DNA of 63,916 nt, the filler included, from Atractiella rhizophila (lineage: Eukaryota): NCBI GenBank assembly GCA_021432655.1. It is 4 parts of 4 records of this genome, joined end to end, with 100 filler letters (N's around TTAATTAATTAA, not from the genome) between each part and the next. Parts side by side here need not be neighbours in the genome. Positions count along the whole stretch, not along the records: positions 1 to 26,982 come from MU271752.1; positions 27,083 to 41,362 come from MU271753.1; 2 more parts are not named here. The stretch is one strand, 5' to 3'. Both the position numbers and the translations under genes were made by a program. Within the stretch, counting starts at the first letter, position 1, and each line of letters begins with the position of its first letter. This document shows positions 25,301 to 38,631 of the stretch, in pieces. The notes under the pieces are model-generated. The model had not been told where the DNA came from and did no database searches. It saw only the letters and a program-made list of their open reading frames with translations.

Positions 25301-26982
25301 TCTGACTGATTTCACGTGCCAGATCTTCGTTCTCTACGGTCAATCGTTTCTTAGTTTGCTCAAGAGTGCGCGTATAATTCGTAAGCTCATGAAGGCGAGA
25401 CTGGGTTTCCGAAAGCTGTCGGTCGGTGTACTTCTTCGCTTCCTCAAGAACGTGAATGTGCTCGACAATCGTCTTGTTCTGCATTGATTTGGCTTTCGCG
25501 AGCTCTGAACTTCGAAGCTGGAGCTCCTTTCTTAGAGCGGCAAAATCTTTGTCGTGGGTCGCAGCTTTCTTCTTCAGCTCGTCCAAGTCATCATCAGCTT
25601 GCCTTTTGTGAGTCTCAAGCTGACGCAACTTTGTGGTTTCGGCAGATAGTTTGGTTCGGAGGCTCTCGAGTTCGACCCCATACTGATTTCGCTCCTGCTC
25701 TATCTTGATGATTGCATCTTCAAGATCCTGGGATTTGGACAGTGAAGCCGCAAGCTGCCGCTCAAGTGCTTGACGTTCTTTGCGCGTGTTTTCAAGCTCG
25801 CTGGTGGCTTCTAGATGTTTAACCCGTACTTCTTGCAGCTCTACTTCGACAGCCTTGCGTGACCCGTCGGCCTTTTGCAGAAGACGTTCGGTATCTGCAA
25901 GCTTGCTTGTCTTCTCCTCCAACGCCTTCGTCTGATCGAGTAAAGATTTCGCAGTTGTCTGAAGCTCTTGTTGAATGGTCTGCAAATCTACCCGAGCGGA
26001 GGAGTGTTCTTGCTTCAAAGTAGCGAATTCTGTAGACAAATCGGAAATTTGCTGACGAAGCTGCCTGATTTCCTGATCCTTCTGCAGAGTCACTGAATAG
26101 ATGTCAGGTTGCGTCCTGTAGGAGTTCAAATCAACATACCTTGCTTCTGCTTCTCATCCTCAGAAGCTTTAGCGTCAATCAACGTACGTAGACCGTCTAC
26201 CTCTTTCGCTAAATCAAATTTGGCCTCTTCAGCGTGTTTGAGCTCTGTTGTTCGTCCATCGACTTGTTGCGAGAGCTCGTTTGCTCGCGCTTCCCATTCC
26301 TTTTGCTGCCTGACCGCCAAATTGTGATCCTTCGTAAGGCTGCTTAGCCGATTCTGCAATGACAAAAATTCAGCATCCTTGGTCTTTAGCGATGTTTCGT
26401 AACTGGAGTTGGACCGAGTCATCTGAGCCAACTGCTCTTTCGTAGCTATGAGATCGTTCTGCAAGCCATCGACACGTAAACGATCCTTTCCGGAACGCTC
26501 GATCTCCGCAGCCAGTCTCGCTTCTGCCTCCTTGATTGAAAGCTCTGCACGTCTCTGGATTCTTTCGAAATCTTGCTGAAGAGACAACAGTTTAATTTCC
26601 CTCTCTTTGATTTCTTGACAGAGGGAATCGCGCTCGTTCGCAATCTTTTCCCAGTCAGAAGTTTTTGACGCTGCTTCATTTTTCAATACAATCTCTTGCT
26701 GAGCCCATTCGTGGCGAGCTTGTTCCAATTCCAACAGGCGTTGAGCAGCTTGATCGAAGGCGTCCTTCATCTCTTGATACTGCTTTTGGCCGTTCGTCTG
26801 TGCAATGATCGCCCGCTCTAGTTGATTCTCAAGCGTGTCTAGATCTTGTTGCATAATCGTCATTTCCTCCACCAGTTCCGCTTCTCTTTGTTTAGCATGT
26901 GCTAGAGAATTGTGCTTCTCCTGAGCCAATGACCTTTCACTTTCTAGATCTACCTGCATCTTCTTCATGTCCTGCTCTAGCT
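22339..26982 (-). CDS. Type II myosin heavy chain, coiled-coil tail (head missing, truncated at gap)
   Basis: Over 4 kb of heptad-rich exons; KTIVEHIHVLEEAKKYTDRQL and terminal LQTSESEAHLIARRAEREA..EKERALKLERELE resemble fungal myosin II tails. Confidence 0.8.
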
Positions 26983-27082
26983 NNNNNNNNNNNNNNNNNN
27001 NNNNNNNNNNNNNNNNNNNNNNNNNNTTAATTAATTAANNNNNNNNNNNNNNNNNNNNNNNNNNNNNNNNNNNNNNNNNNNN
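26983..27082. other. 100-nt assembly gap with artificial linker TTAATTAATTAA (27027-27038)
   Basis: 44 N + 12-mer with stops in all six frames + 44 N. Confidence 0.95.
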
Positions 27083-27257
27083 GAATGATTTGAAAGCGTG
27101 AGTTTTGTGCAAACACAACGAACAGCCATCTTGTGTCCAACCTGAATATTCAAGCAGTCAAGAGATCCATCCAAGACTTGACCATTCGAAGTTACACTTT
27201 AGACGGATCACGCTTGCACTTCTTACGCGTCACAGAAAGCATAGGCGCGGGTACGGA

Positions 27258-28916
27258 ATGAGAGACTTTTTCTACGACTTCGATGGCGAAACCGCAAAAT
27301 CGCAATCGGAAGTGCAGCCGGTAATGCACGCAAATGGGGAGGAAAAGGAGGCGGCCAGTACAGAAGAAGGGGAGGAGGAGGACAGTGTGGATCTGGGTGG
27401 AAGTGAGAGCGATAGCGATGAAGGTGTTGAAGAATTGATCAAGAAAGTGGAGAAAGAAATGAAGGCGTCTGCGGCTACAGCTGCAAAGGAGGACAAAGTA
27501 CGTTCTCTTCTCTTTCTTTGAGGGGTCATAAACTGTTGCGCAAAAGGTGCCTTATGTGAGGCGGTATTGGGATGCAGAAGAGGAGCAAGATACAGCGAAA
27601 GCTCACACTTGCGGTATCTGTGGAGAAGTGGGACATACGATGAAGGAGTGCTCACACGAACAAGTGCGTCCATCTTTCCTCAACGTTGTGCGGCCCGTTG
27701 ACTTGAACACTGCAACAGTGCAAGTGTTTATTCACATCCTCGAATTCGAAACCTCGAGCCTTACCCTGAAAGACCAGGCTTTATTTGTGGCCGCATAGAC
27801 TCCGCTCATCAAGCTCGAGACTGTCCAGTGGCGAAATTCCTTCGTCCCCAAATGCGAGGTCGCCCTCGTTGTCGAAAGTGCGGTCGAAATCATCCTGAGA
27901 ACGTATGTTTGTCCAATGATGCTCCTGCTGGTCTGAATGTGAAATAGGTTTGCCCTACGATCTGGCGTGTATATGATACTGTCGGAGCGGTAGGATTAGA
28001 CCCAAACAGTTTTGTGGTGAAGTCATGCTACAACTGTGCTGGAGACGACCACTTTGGAGACAACTGGTAGGTACTTTCTCGCTATCTCCACTCAATGGCA
28101 CAGTCTCACTCTGGCTGCAGTCCTCTACCGCGCGGACATCCTCTGAAATACGGCGACCCTTCAGCATTCAATGATCTTGCCATTCCCTACAACACACCGA
28201 TCGCTCCTCCTACCGCCTCCTCCTCCCGGTCAAACTTGCAATGGAACTCGCAACCACCCCCCTCTCATCGCTCTCACCCAAGTTCCAATTCCAACGGGTA
28301 CAAGCGCAGTACCGCATCTTCTTCCAACAACAATAGCAGCAAACGTCCACTCCCAATCCCGGACGAAGACGACTGGTTTGAGAAACGGGCGAGACTGTCG
28401 TCGAGTGCGCTGGATCCCAAGAAGAGTCGAGATTCGGGGCTGGAGAAGGCTCCGAAGGGACCTAAGAAGGGTATTCAGGTACGGCTTGTAGGACAAGAAG
28501 GGGAAGGTGGGGGTGGATATAAAAAGGAGAGGCGTACGGGCGGATGGAATGACAACGGTAAAGGGAAGGGGAAAGAGAGTCAAAGATCTTCAGGAGCGCG
28601 TTGGGATTCCACCGAATTTTGGGACGGACCGCCGCAGAGAAGGTTTGACCCACCAGGGAGAGGACGTAGAGGTGACGGCTGGGGAGAGAGTTTGAGAGAT
28701 GGAGGGAAGCGACCGAGAGCGAAAGGATCAACGGGAGGGTGGGATGAAGGGTCGAATGGTGAAGGTGGAAGAGGGAGGGAGTGGGATCGGGGGAAGAGGA
28801 AGTGGGATGATCGTGATGCGAAGAAGCGGACCGCTGATCGTGGCAATGGCGGTGGAGGTGGGGGGAGGAATGGGGTGAATGGGAATGTGCCGAGGTATAG
28901 AGGAGGTTATACTTAG
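27258..28916 (+). CDS. AIR1: Zinc-knuckle protein, Air1/Air2-like (TRAMP complex)
   Basis: CGICGEVGHTMKEC, CFICG...HQARDC, CPTIWRVY and CYNCAGDDHFGDNC; RG-rich C-terminus. Confidence 0.82.
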
Positions 28917-29304
28917 GTGAGGTTTGCTCATTGCCTCTCGATTACTTTCCCTGCCGCAGGCCTAATTCTTAGAGATAGTTTATGCATTTGTCGTTGTAGA
29001 GCTTTGCAATCTCATCAGTTACGGCAGTTTGCCACCGTACAGACCTGCAGTCACAGTCATTGACCAGTCTACTTTGAACGTCTTTGGGGACGCAGATTAT
29101 TCCTGTGTTATTGTCGATCAGTTTTACGTTCTCGCCATGATCATAATTCAGTTGCATCGCGTCCCATTCCCGCTTCTCCCATCCCGCCGTTGGGAAAGGG
29201 GCTAAACGCGGGAACGAGCAAGTGGAAGACGACGAAGAAGTCTATCCTATTTACCTTTCTCTAACCACCCTGACCTAACGCTTCGAAACAACAAACTCCT
29301 GCCC

Positions 29305-30523
29305 ATGGAAAAAGAAAATGTTTCCAAGACCTCCTCTCCACTCGTTGCCAGGAGGAGTGTCAATCTTTCCCAAGCTGCGGTTCCCCTTTCTCTCCAAAGG
29401 ACCCAGTTGACCATAGCTATTCCTGCCCCTGCGTTGCTCCCTCCTATTGCTCAGGCGCCTTTGCATGTGGACACTAGGTCAATCCAGGATATGTTCCAGA
29501 GTGCTGATAGCCCGATCTACCCCACCTGGAAAAAAGTGGTGGAGAGGGAATCCAGGGCTAGTGAGTCGGATGCTGAAGAGAAGGATAGAAAGCAGAAGAA
29601 GGAAGAGGCTGAGTTGAGAGAGAATAAGAGAGTGGGGGAGAGGAAGAGACAGGTTGAGATGATGGAGAGGAGGAAAAGGGTCGAGGAACAGTTGGTGTGT
29701 TATTTCCCCGTCTTTCTGCTTCATCAGCTGATAGTAATAGGTTATCCCTGAGTTCAAGAGGAAGTCAATAAACTCGAACAACGAGACGCCGACTGCTGTT
29801 TGCTCTCTTCTCCTCCATTCTCTCCACTGACCAATTGACTCCTTGAGACAGATTCAACAAGCTCTCGAAAGTGGCGACGAAACTCCAGAGGAAGAGACAG
29901 GTTGAGATGATGGAGAGGAGGAAAAGGGTCGAGGAACAGTTGGTGTGTTATTTCCCCGTCTTTCTGCTTCATCAGCTGATAGTAATAGGTTATCCCTGAG
30001 TTCAAGAGGAAGTCAATAAACTCGAACAACGAGACGCCGACTGCTGTTTGCTCTCTTCTCCTCCATTCATTCACACGCTAAATTGACTCCTTGAGACAGA
30101 TTCAAGAAGCTCTCGAAGGTAGCGACGAAACTCCCAAGAAAACTCGCAATTCTGTCTCAGCCGATAATGATGACTATTATACTGAAGCCACTTCCACTCC
30201 AGTTCGATCAACGAGGACTGCTAGCACTGTAACGCCCAGCCTGCCGAGGAGTGAGAGGAGTGCATTTTCGACGACATCGGTTGGCCCTACACCTGCCAAT
30301 ACACCGACGAAAAAGAACTCGCACATGAGAGGGGAGACGATATGGGATCTTGCTGCGTTCTTCAGACGTAAATCTAGTGAATGGGATGGTTTGTCTCCTC
30401 TCCAATGCTTGGCAATGACCACGAACGCTGAAAAAAGTCTTAGATGTCGTTGAGGGAACGGAGAATTGCTTCTCAGCTTCTTCATCTGCGGCTTCAGGAC
30501 TGTGTGTAGGCACAAATGAGTAG
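29305..30523 (+). CDS. Hypothetical protein disrupted by an internal tandem duplication
   Basis: Charged helix then S/T-rich exon; reading through both repeat copies gives TGA at 29903-29905. Confidence 0.55.
29639..30134 (+). repeat. Two-copy direct tandem repeat, 248-bp period
   Basis: 29639-29820 is identical to 29887-30068; the remaining ~65 bp of each unit carries substitutions. Confidence 0.95.
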
Positions 30524-30849
30524 ATACCTCGCTATCACAGAAAAGTTTCGTTTTGTTTTGAGCAGCGCGAAGGATGTTAAGCAGCCTCTATTCTCTGGCC
30601 AATGCTTCTCCCCAGCCGGTTTCCACGGAACAGACGATCAGAACTTTGAGACCTTGACATGAATATTCGTTCTCAGCTCAGCAGAGTTGGCGAGTCAGCT
30701 AATGTGCAAGTTGGCTGGAATATGAGACTAAGGTTTACAACGGTCAAAGTCCTAATTTTATTTTTCGAGCCTTGGCCTCTGCAACTCCACTCACACTTTT
30801 ATCAACTTGACCTAACCGCCACCACTGAATCTCTCACCCAATTAGCATA

Positions 30850-33800
30850 ATGGCAGAGTGGCAGCCTCATCCTGACGGTCTCAACGATTTGCTGTCGCTG
30901 CTGCAGCAGTCGGGACAAAACACGACTGCATCTCAGGATGCTCTTCATCGGGTGCGTTCTTACTCTTTTGGCGGCAGGAAACGGGTTCATGTGCATGCAG
31001 CGGACAGAAGCGTTCAAGCAAGTCGAGGATTATCCCTGCTACCTCTCCTACATCTTCACTCAGCTCCCAAACGAATCCTACCAAGTCAGATCTCTCGCTG
31101 GTCTCCTCCTCAAGAACGCCATCATAGATCGAAGAACAAATCCGCAACTCCTTCCTCCCTACGTCCTCAACTACCTCAAATCTACGATTTTCAACGCTCT
31201 CGCCGACCAGCAGCAGATGATCAGGAACACTGCTGCTATCGTCATCGACAGCTTGTTCGTGCAATCCTTGAACCAGGAAGGCTGGTTAGAATGGATCCAG
31301 AAGCTCGCTGAGCTCGCTTTTGCCGAAGATGCAGTTTACCAGGAGCATAGGACTCCAGCAGCTTCGGAAGCTGAAGCTCACGCCCGATCAGCTGGGTATG
31401 CTCGAGAAGGAGCGTATTCCTGTCTGTCGCACATCTGCGAAGATATTCCTCAGCGGATATGCACACTCGCTCTCCCCAGCACTAATTCCAACACTCCCTT
31501 CAAGCCGATAGACCTCTTAATCCCCAAATTCCTCGCCACTCTCAAAGGCACCACTTCTGCCACAGATCCAACAGGACGAGTTCGAGTTCATGCTCTCACT
31601 TGCTGCTATCAATTCCAAGTGCTCGGCGAGAACCCACTAATGACCACTCATCTGGAAACGTACATTCAATGCATCTTCGCTCGCGCAATGGACAAGGAGC
31701 TAGAAGTTCGCAAGCTCCTTTGTCAGTCAATAGTCGGCGTTCTAGCCACCTATCCAGAGTCTCTCATCCCTCATCTCAACGGTGTCGTCGATTTCATGCT
31801 CTATCAGAACGATCTGGCGACGTCGAAAGCAGATCCATCAGAGGAAGAGGTTGCCGTCTCGCTGGAAGCCTGTGAGTTCTGGCTCACTTTCGCGGAAGAA
31901 CCCCAGCTTCTTGAATACTTGCGTCCTTTCGTCCCAAAGGTCGCCCCTGCTCTTTTGAGAGGAATGAGGTACAAGGAAGCCGATCTTGCCGCTTTGGGAG
32001 ACGACGTGGACGGAAAGGAGGACTGGAACGTAGCCGATCGAGCGGAGGACATCAAGCCCCAGTTCCACTCATCGAAGCGGAAAACCTTGGAGCATGAAGA
32101 GGCCCCATCGGAAGAGCAACAGAACGGGGCGCAGGGGAATGCCCAGCATAAATCGAGGGAGAAGGCTGAAGGAGACGAGGAGGACGAGTACGACTTCGAC
32201 GATGATGACGATGAGGATGAGAGCACGGAGTGGAATCTCAGGAAGTGTTCGGCGGCCGCCATGGATATTCTTGCCGTCAATTTCGAAGGCGAGCTGCTTG
32301 ATGTCCTCATGCCGGATCTTAAGGCGATAGTCTTTGGAGACGACTGGCTAGCCAAGGAATCTGGCATCCTTGCTCTTGGTGCTATCGCTGAAGGTATATT
32401 TTCGTCCATATTATGTCTTATGCTAATGCTGTTTCCATAGGATGTATCGATGCTATCTCACCGTACCTTCCTGAAATCATTCCCTTCTTACTGGCCTCTC
32501 TACGAGATCCGAAAGTAAGAGTGTTTTGCTGCAACACTGCCTATGATGCTCATTGGTACTCAGCCTCTGGTCCGATCTATTTCATGCTGGACCTTGGGTC
32601 GCTATGTTAGTTGGTGTGTCGGCGATGCTGAGGAGAAAGAGCATTTCCAGAAGTACTTTGTACCAGTTCTCGAAGGAGTACGTCACCTCATTCCTCGACC
32701 TCTCTTTGGTGTTAACCCATCTTCCAGTTGATGCTGATGGTGTTGGACAATAACAAACGCGTGCAAGAAGCTGGATGTAGTGCCTTTGCGACTCTTGAGG
32801 AAGAGGCGCAGGGAGAGTTGGAGCCATTCCTCGGCCCTGTCCTACAGAATCTGGTCTTCGCTTTCGGCAAATACCAGCAGAAGAACCTGCTCATTCTTTA
32901 CGACGCTATCGGCACTCTCGCAGATGCTGTTGGTGCTGCTCTCAACAAACCTGAGCTGATCGACATGCTTTTACCAGCCTTGATTGAGAGATGGCAGAAG
33001 CTGGATGATACGTCTTTGGATCTCATTCCCTTATTAGAGGTATCTTTCCATTCGACCTCGGCTCTCTCGCTTACTTTTACTTCTCTCAGTGCATGTCCTC
33101 CGTGGTGATCGCTATCGGACCAGGCTTCGTTGCTTATGCTCAACCTGTTTTTGAGAGATGTGTCCGGATTATACACCAGTCCCTCACCGCGTATGTGACC
33201 TACCAGCAGAGCCCTGGAGCATACGAACTCCCCGACAAGACCTTCCTCGTTGTCGCTCTCGACTTGCTCAGCGGTCTCACACAAGGTCTTGGACCCGCTG
33301 CCGTTCCGTTGTACGAGAATGGAGACCCTCGGCTGCTTCAGATGTTGCAGCTCTGCATTACTGTTTGTTTTCTTGTCCCATTTCTCACTTGCTGAGAACT
33401 GCGCCGTGGACAGTATCCCGATCCTCCGGTTCGACAATCTGGTTATGCATTGGTTGGAGATTGCGCCATTTCTTGCTTCCAACAACTCAAGCCTTACCTG
33501 CCACAAATTATGCCCGAACTAATTCGACAAATCGAGGTACAACCGAAACCAGAAACTGTCTCAGTTTGCAACAACGCTGCCTGGGCAGCAGGAGAAATTG
33601 CCATGAAGAGCGGTGAGTGGTTTTCAGATACTCAGCATGATCTGACACCACGTAGGGGAGGACATATCACCTTTTGTCCCTCCTCTGCTCGAGCAACTGA
33701 TCGCCGTCCTCCTCGTCCCCAAACCAGCTAGGAGCCTCAGTGAAAATTCGGCTGTGACCATTGGTCGTCTGGGACTCGCTTGTCCCCAACTTGTCGCGCC

Positions 33801-34269
33801 ACACTTAAATGTCTTCATTGCAACATGGTGAGAGCACTCCTCGCGTCTTCGATTTAGACTGGGTCCTGATTGGATGAAAAGGTGTTCGGCCTTGGTAGAC
33901 ATCAAGGACAACGATGAGAAAGATTCAGCCTTCAGAGGCATCTGCCACACAATCCAACTGAATCCCAACGGCATCTCAAGTGTTGGCATTTCCAGCTGTC
34001 ATTATCATCCGACTAGGAGCTCATTGTGTTGCTAGCATTTTGGTTTCTTCCTCAATTCTGTCGCTCGATGGACAAAACCGTCGCCGGCACTCAACGAGAT
34101 GTTTCGCAACGTAAGTAGTGCAACTCTTCCACTGAGTCTATGAGACTGATGGGCTCGTTTGCAGATCTTACAAGGCTTCAAGCAGCTGTGGGGCGATCAG
34201 TGGACCGCTCAGATGGCTCAAATGCCACCTCACATCACGAATCGTCTCTCAGACCGATACGGCCTTTGA
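30850..34269 (+). CDS. KAP104: Transportin-1 / karyopherin beta-2
   Basis: [20 protein letters not shown], acidic loop [11 protein letters not shown]...[64 protein letters not shown]. Confidence 0.97.
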
Positions 34270-34688
34270 ACGACTTGAATGCAGCATTTATTAGCGTCCT
34301 TCTATGATATGCAAAATTTCGAATTGGGAGTCAACACTGCTCAACTTGCTACACGGCACATCTTCTCTGACATTGACTGGTCTTTCTCGTTCCTGTATTT
34401 TTGTGCTCTACAGTTCTTTTGCGTGGGTTGAGCTACTTGTAAAAGGAGTACGAATGTTCTCAACTTTCCTTCATAGCATTCCCGCATCTCTTTGTAGTCG
34501 TAATCCTCTCAACCTCTAAACATCAAGTCCACGATATACTCCATCCATCCGTATCACCTCTCTGACATCCATTGACGCCCGCTCGACGCTTAGCACCTTC
34601 TGCACATTTAGAGTGAGGTCAGGAAGTATGGTCTCCCCTTGCTTCAGCTCTCAAGCAACCTCAGTAGCAGATCTTATTAAGAGCATCC

Positions 34689-35450
34689 TCATTTTTTCAT
34701 CCTCTCCATCAAATCCGTCACATCTGCATTCATCTTTGCGAGACTCTGAATCTTTCGTCTCTCTTCCTCGCCCAACGTCTCCTCTGCCTCTCTCACAAGT
34801 TCCTCATCCTCTTCCTTCCCCTCTACCGCAGCAGACAAGCCCGCGTTCCTCCTCCTCACATCCAGCATCAGTTTGGCAGTGATCAGCTGCACCTTGGACG
34901 CCGAAGGCACATTCTCCGCTCCCCCCATCACCTCCTTCATCCAGAGGTAGTCCGACTTCATTTGCTTGAAGGATAGCTCGACACGCTCGTCGTTGTGCGC
35001 ATGCATACGCATCCGTTGATGCTGCGCGATCGTGAGCATGGCGGATGGATCGTGGGCGTGCGAAGCGAAGTAGGAATCCTGTTTCCTGCGTTCCAATCAA
35101 CCACCGGGAATGAGCAATGAGCATGTAAAATACAGAATGTGAGAGATGAAGACAAAAAGAAGGGGAAGGAATGATATAGAGACGAACTTTATTCCGGAGA
35201 GGGGAGCGATGAATTGCCTGTCCACTGACCAGACGAAGACTCCGATCATCGTCCATTTCAGTCTTCTGAGAAACATGCGACGCTGGATCCATTTCTCCAC
35301 GAACGCGCTTGGTGGCTGAGCAGAGGGTGGATACCAGTGAGGGGGGACACGGAAGAGACGATTGAAGGGAAAGAGTTTGTTTGGGAAAGCGCGGGCAGGT
35401 GCGAGGAGGAGAGTGCCGGCGACGAAACCGAGAAGGACGTTGCCGACCAT
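34689..35450 (-). CDS. Hypothetical protein with hydrophobic N-terminus
   Basis: Two ORFs joined in frame (GIK|KQDSYF) by a GTTCGT...GCAG intron. Confidence 0.6.
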
Positions 35451-38400
35451 TTTGTGGTTGCTCACTCTTTGCTTTCCAGCTTGCTCTGCCTCCTTCTCAG
35501 ATAATTAATGGAAGCTGTCACAAAGCGTCTAGAAGACTGTGTGCGTACCCGCAGAACCTGGCCATCATGAGCGCTCAAGAAGCCCGGAGGGAGGGGAGTG
35601 AGGTTGTCAAACGACACTTGGTCGTGCAAAGGCGATTTGGAAGGAAATCTAAGCGAGTTCGGAGGAGAGAATGGTAGTGGTGTTGGCGGGTCCCAAGAAG
35701 AGAGGAAGGGCTTGTCTGAAGATGGAGGGCGTGAGGAGTCATCCATTCCTACGTTGATCTGAAACCAGCTTTTGAGGCTGCTTATAAATGTTATGAACCC
35801 GCGTATTCCTCTCTCAATGTCAATAACTAACACCCGGCAAAGGCAATGTGAAAATATTGATGGTGGTTATCTGTCCGAAGTTTGTTGATCAAAAATCGGG
35901 TAATCGGGTAGGCCGACTACATCTAACCCAGTCTATCTCAGTCCAACTGTTCGTTCGTTTGGATTGGACACATACGTGGCGCATCACATTGTATTGCCGT
36001 AGAAAGGAGGGAGGAGACGAGGACGGATGGGAACGAACATAAGTTATCTCTCTGTTCGTACCAACATTCATTGCGGACTAGGAGTACCATCTGGCTTTTT
36101 GTCGAGTTGCTGTAACTAACTCATGGGATCAAAACATCGCCGTAACAATATGCTTCCCACAGTCATCTCAGAAAAAAAGCCCTATTTCTTAGCCTTTCTC
36201 GCTGGACCTTGCCTTGTTTGAGATTTTTCATCCTGATCTGTAAACTCGAGTCAGAAAAGCGCAATACTTGAGTGCCAATTCCTAAACTTGTTTGATAAGT
36301 TGAGAGAATCATGAAGTATAATCAGTCCTGTAGCTTCCAACTTCATGATGGATATCATCACCTATTGGTTTCATGATGGCGGATCAAGTGTTCTTGCCGT
36401 CATAAATATGCAGGGTCAGCTTCTTTTGGTTCATTCCATGAGCCTTGCAACCTCTTTTTTTTCCATGTTACATGAGAATGCTGGATGATACATGGGAGAA
36501 TGCATTTACTTCACTACTCCATCTAGAGTGAATCGTAGGGTTCCGAAAGCCTATTTGCCGAGATTTTCGAATACTGTCGTTCGCAGATGATGGAAGCCAT
36601 GTAAAATGCCTATCCGAGTTGTTCTACGAATTGCGTACAGTTCCAAAACTTGCATCTTCGCTTGAAAGAACGATGAAGTAACATTGGTCCTATAGCTCAT
36701 GAACATTGTTGGACTGTAACTCTACGGTTTCATGTTAGTAGAATTAAAAGATTCTTTCTATCGTGCAAAAAGGGCCAGCTTCTTTTTGGACTTCGAGCTC
36801 CTTCTAGGCAGTGCCACCCGAACATATGTTTTCGACATTTCGAATGGGAAACATTGGCAACTCTTGATTATAACCTGGAGGATCTTCCGAGCTCAGCGAA
36901 CCCGTTTTTCACACAATATCAAAGTGCAGTTGAAGCGCGAGCTATCCACAGATAGGTGGTACGTTGCCAGATCTTTTCATGAAATGGTTGTCCTTGATCC
37001 ACTATCTTCACGAGACCTCCCTTCTTTTAATCATTCTACACCCTTGGTTACATTTCTACATGGAATACCGGGGGGGCATTTTCATGGCTTCGTTTGGTGG
37101 GTTTGCGAGGAAGGTCTGTTATTCGCAAGCGACATTCCTTTGAGAAGAATGTGTTGCAAGTTGAGAAAGTAGCAAGGTGATGTTAGCTCTGTAGTTTTCA
37201 TGGCCTTTCATCATTTGGTTTCCTCCTGAGGTCTCCTACTATCTACACCGTTTTTGCTAGTTTTGACCACCAAGAAGACAATCCTGAGAAGGCATAAACC
37301 TTCAGCTTTGTAACGAGCTGAGATAGCCAATTACGGTTCCCGCTTCCTGTATTGTAATGTGAACAGCGGTGCAACATCCGCCTATTATAGAGAACGATCT
37401 TAAAACAACTTCTTCACATTTGCTAAATGTTCCCGTCATGTCCCAGCCCAATAGCGGATCATTGAATCAGTTGGGAGTGGATTTGTCAACCGTGCCACCG
37501 CTGCTACCGAATAAGTGGTCGAACGATTGGGAAGGGGAGAAACGCAACCGGCGGTGACTCTTCAAAGTCCTGTTTAAAGTTAACTGTTGCTCCCAGCAGG
37601 AGATGACGTGGACCGACTGGCACTTGAAACCATACATCGCTGCTTGTGCCGCGACCAATCCACTGGAAATGTCATCCATGATATTACAGAGAGTCAGAGG
37701 CTCCATGAGCGTAGAAGAAAGGTTGCAGTGCCATGCTGTTAAAGCAGAACGAATTAAGGTATTGTAAATGCATAACTAGGAGTGCATACCAATTATATCC
37801 CTCCCAGAAGGTGAAGAATGAGTCGGGAGCGCAGAATTTTCCAAGTCACCACGCCAACCAGCGCCACAGCTATTCCACCACCCTTGGGTCATTGCAGGCT
37901 ACCAGTGTTCGAATCTTAGAGAGCTTACTTGCATATTTCAAGGCGTCTCTTCTGAAAAGATTCTCTGCCATTGCTAATATGGGTGTTAAAACCTCCATTT
38001 TTCCTATCAACGTGAGTTAGAGTATCGAGGATCTTGTTGACAGTAACCTCCGTTCTTAACCTCTCCCTTAGTATTGGCCGATGTTAAGACCGGACAATAC
38101 GCTACCTTGAAGTACTGTCAGTCTTTTATTGGCACACATTTTCTTTGCATTGGAGTAGATGGAAATCCAAGGCAATATCTAAGACAGGTCACAATATGAA
38201 CTATAGAGCAGAAGTTACTGTATCAAAGTGTAATGCAAATTGAATAGTAGTGTATCGTCCTGATTTCCCGATCTATATTCGATCCTGCTTTCCCTCTGCA
38301 CCCACCCCAACATAGATACTAGAAAGTAGTATCTATGGAGGAGTCGACAATCTCCTCGTTTACCCCCGAGCCGGTCCTGCTATGTCTTGCAGCTACTAAT

Positions 38401-38631
38401 CTAAGACCAGGACGTCTGACACATGTTACAAGGATACTTTTGCTCCAGACGCTAAAGGTCGCAAGCTTCTTTATGGCCGTCGATATTCAAAGCCTCAGGC
38501 ATAAGAGTTAAGAGTGTTAAGCCACGAGACCCTCCTGCCAAAGAGTATAAAGCGAAAGGGCTCGCCCAAGTGATTTATTGCATATCACGTGGCCCACAGC
38601 TACACTACTGGCATTCCTTCCTCTTCTGCAT

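Noticed and set aside
27027..27038. TTAATTAATTAA as a piggyBac TTAA target site or biological palindrome
   Set aside because: Centred identically in three 100-nt N gaps, so a synthetic spacer
28500..28916. Purine-rich G tracts as a repeat or G-quadruplex element
   Set aside because: Explained by Gly/Arg/Asp codons of the Air1-like RG-rich tail
38311..38360. Helitron 3' terminus
   Set aside because: No CTRR end at the expected distance from the hairpin on either strand, and no Rep/helicase remnant seen
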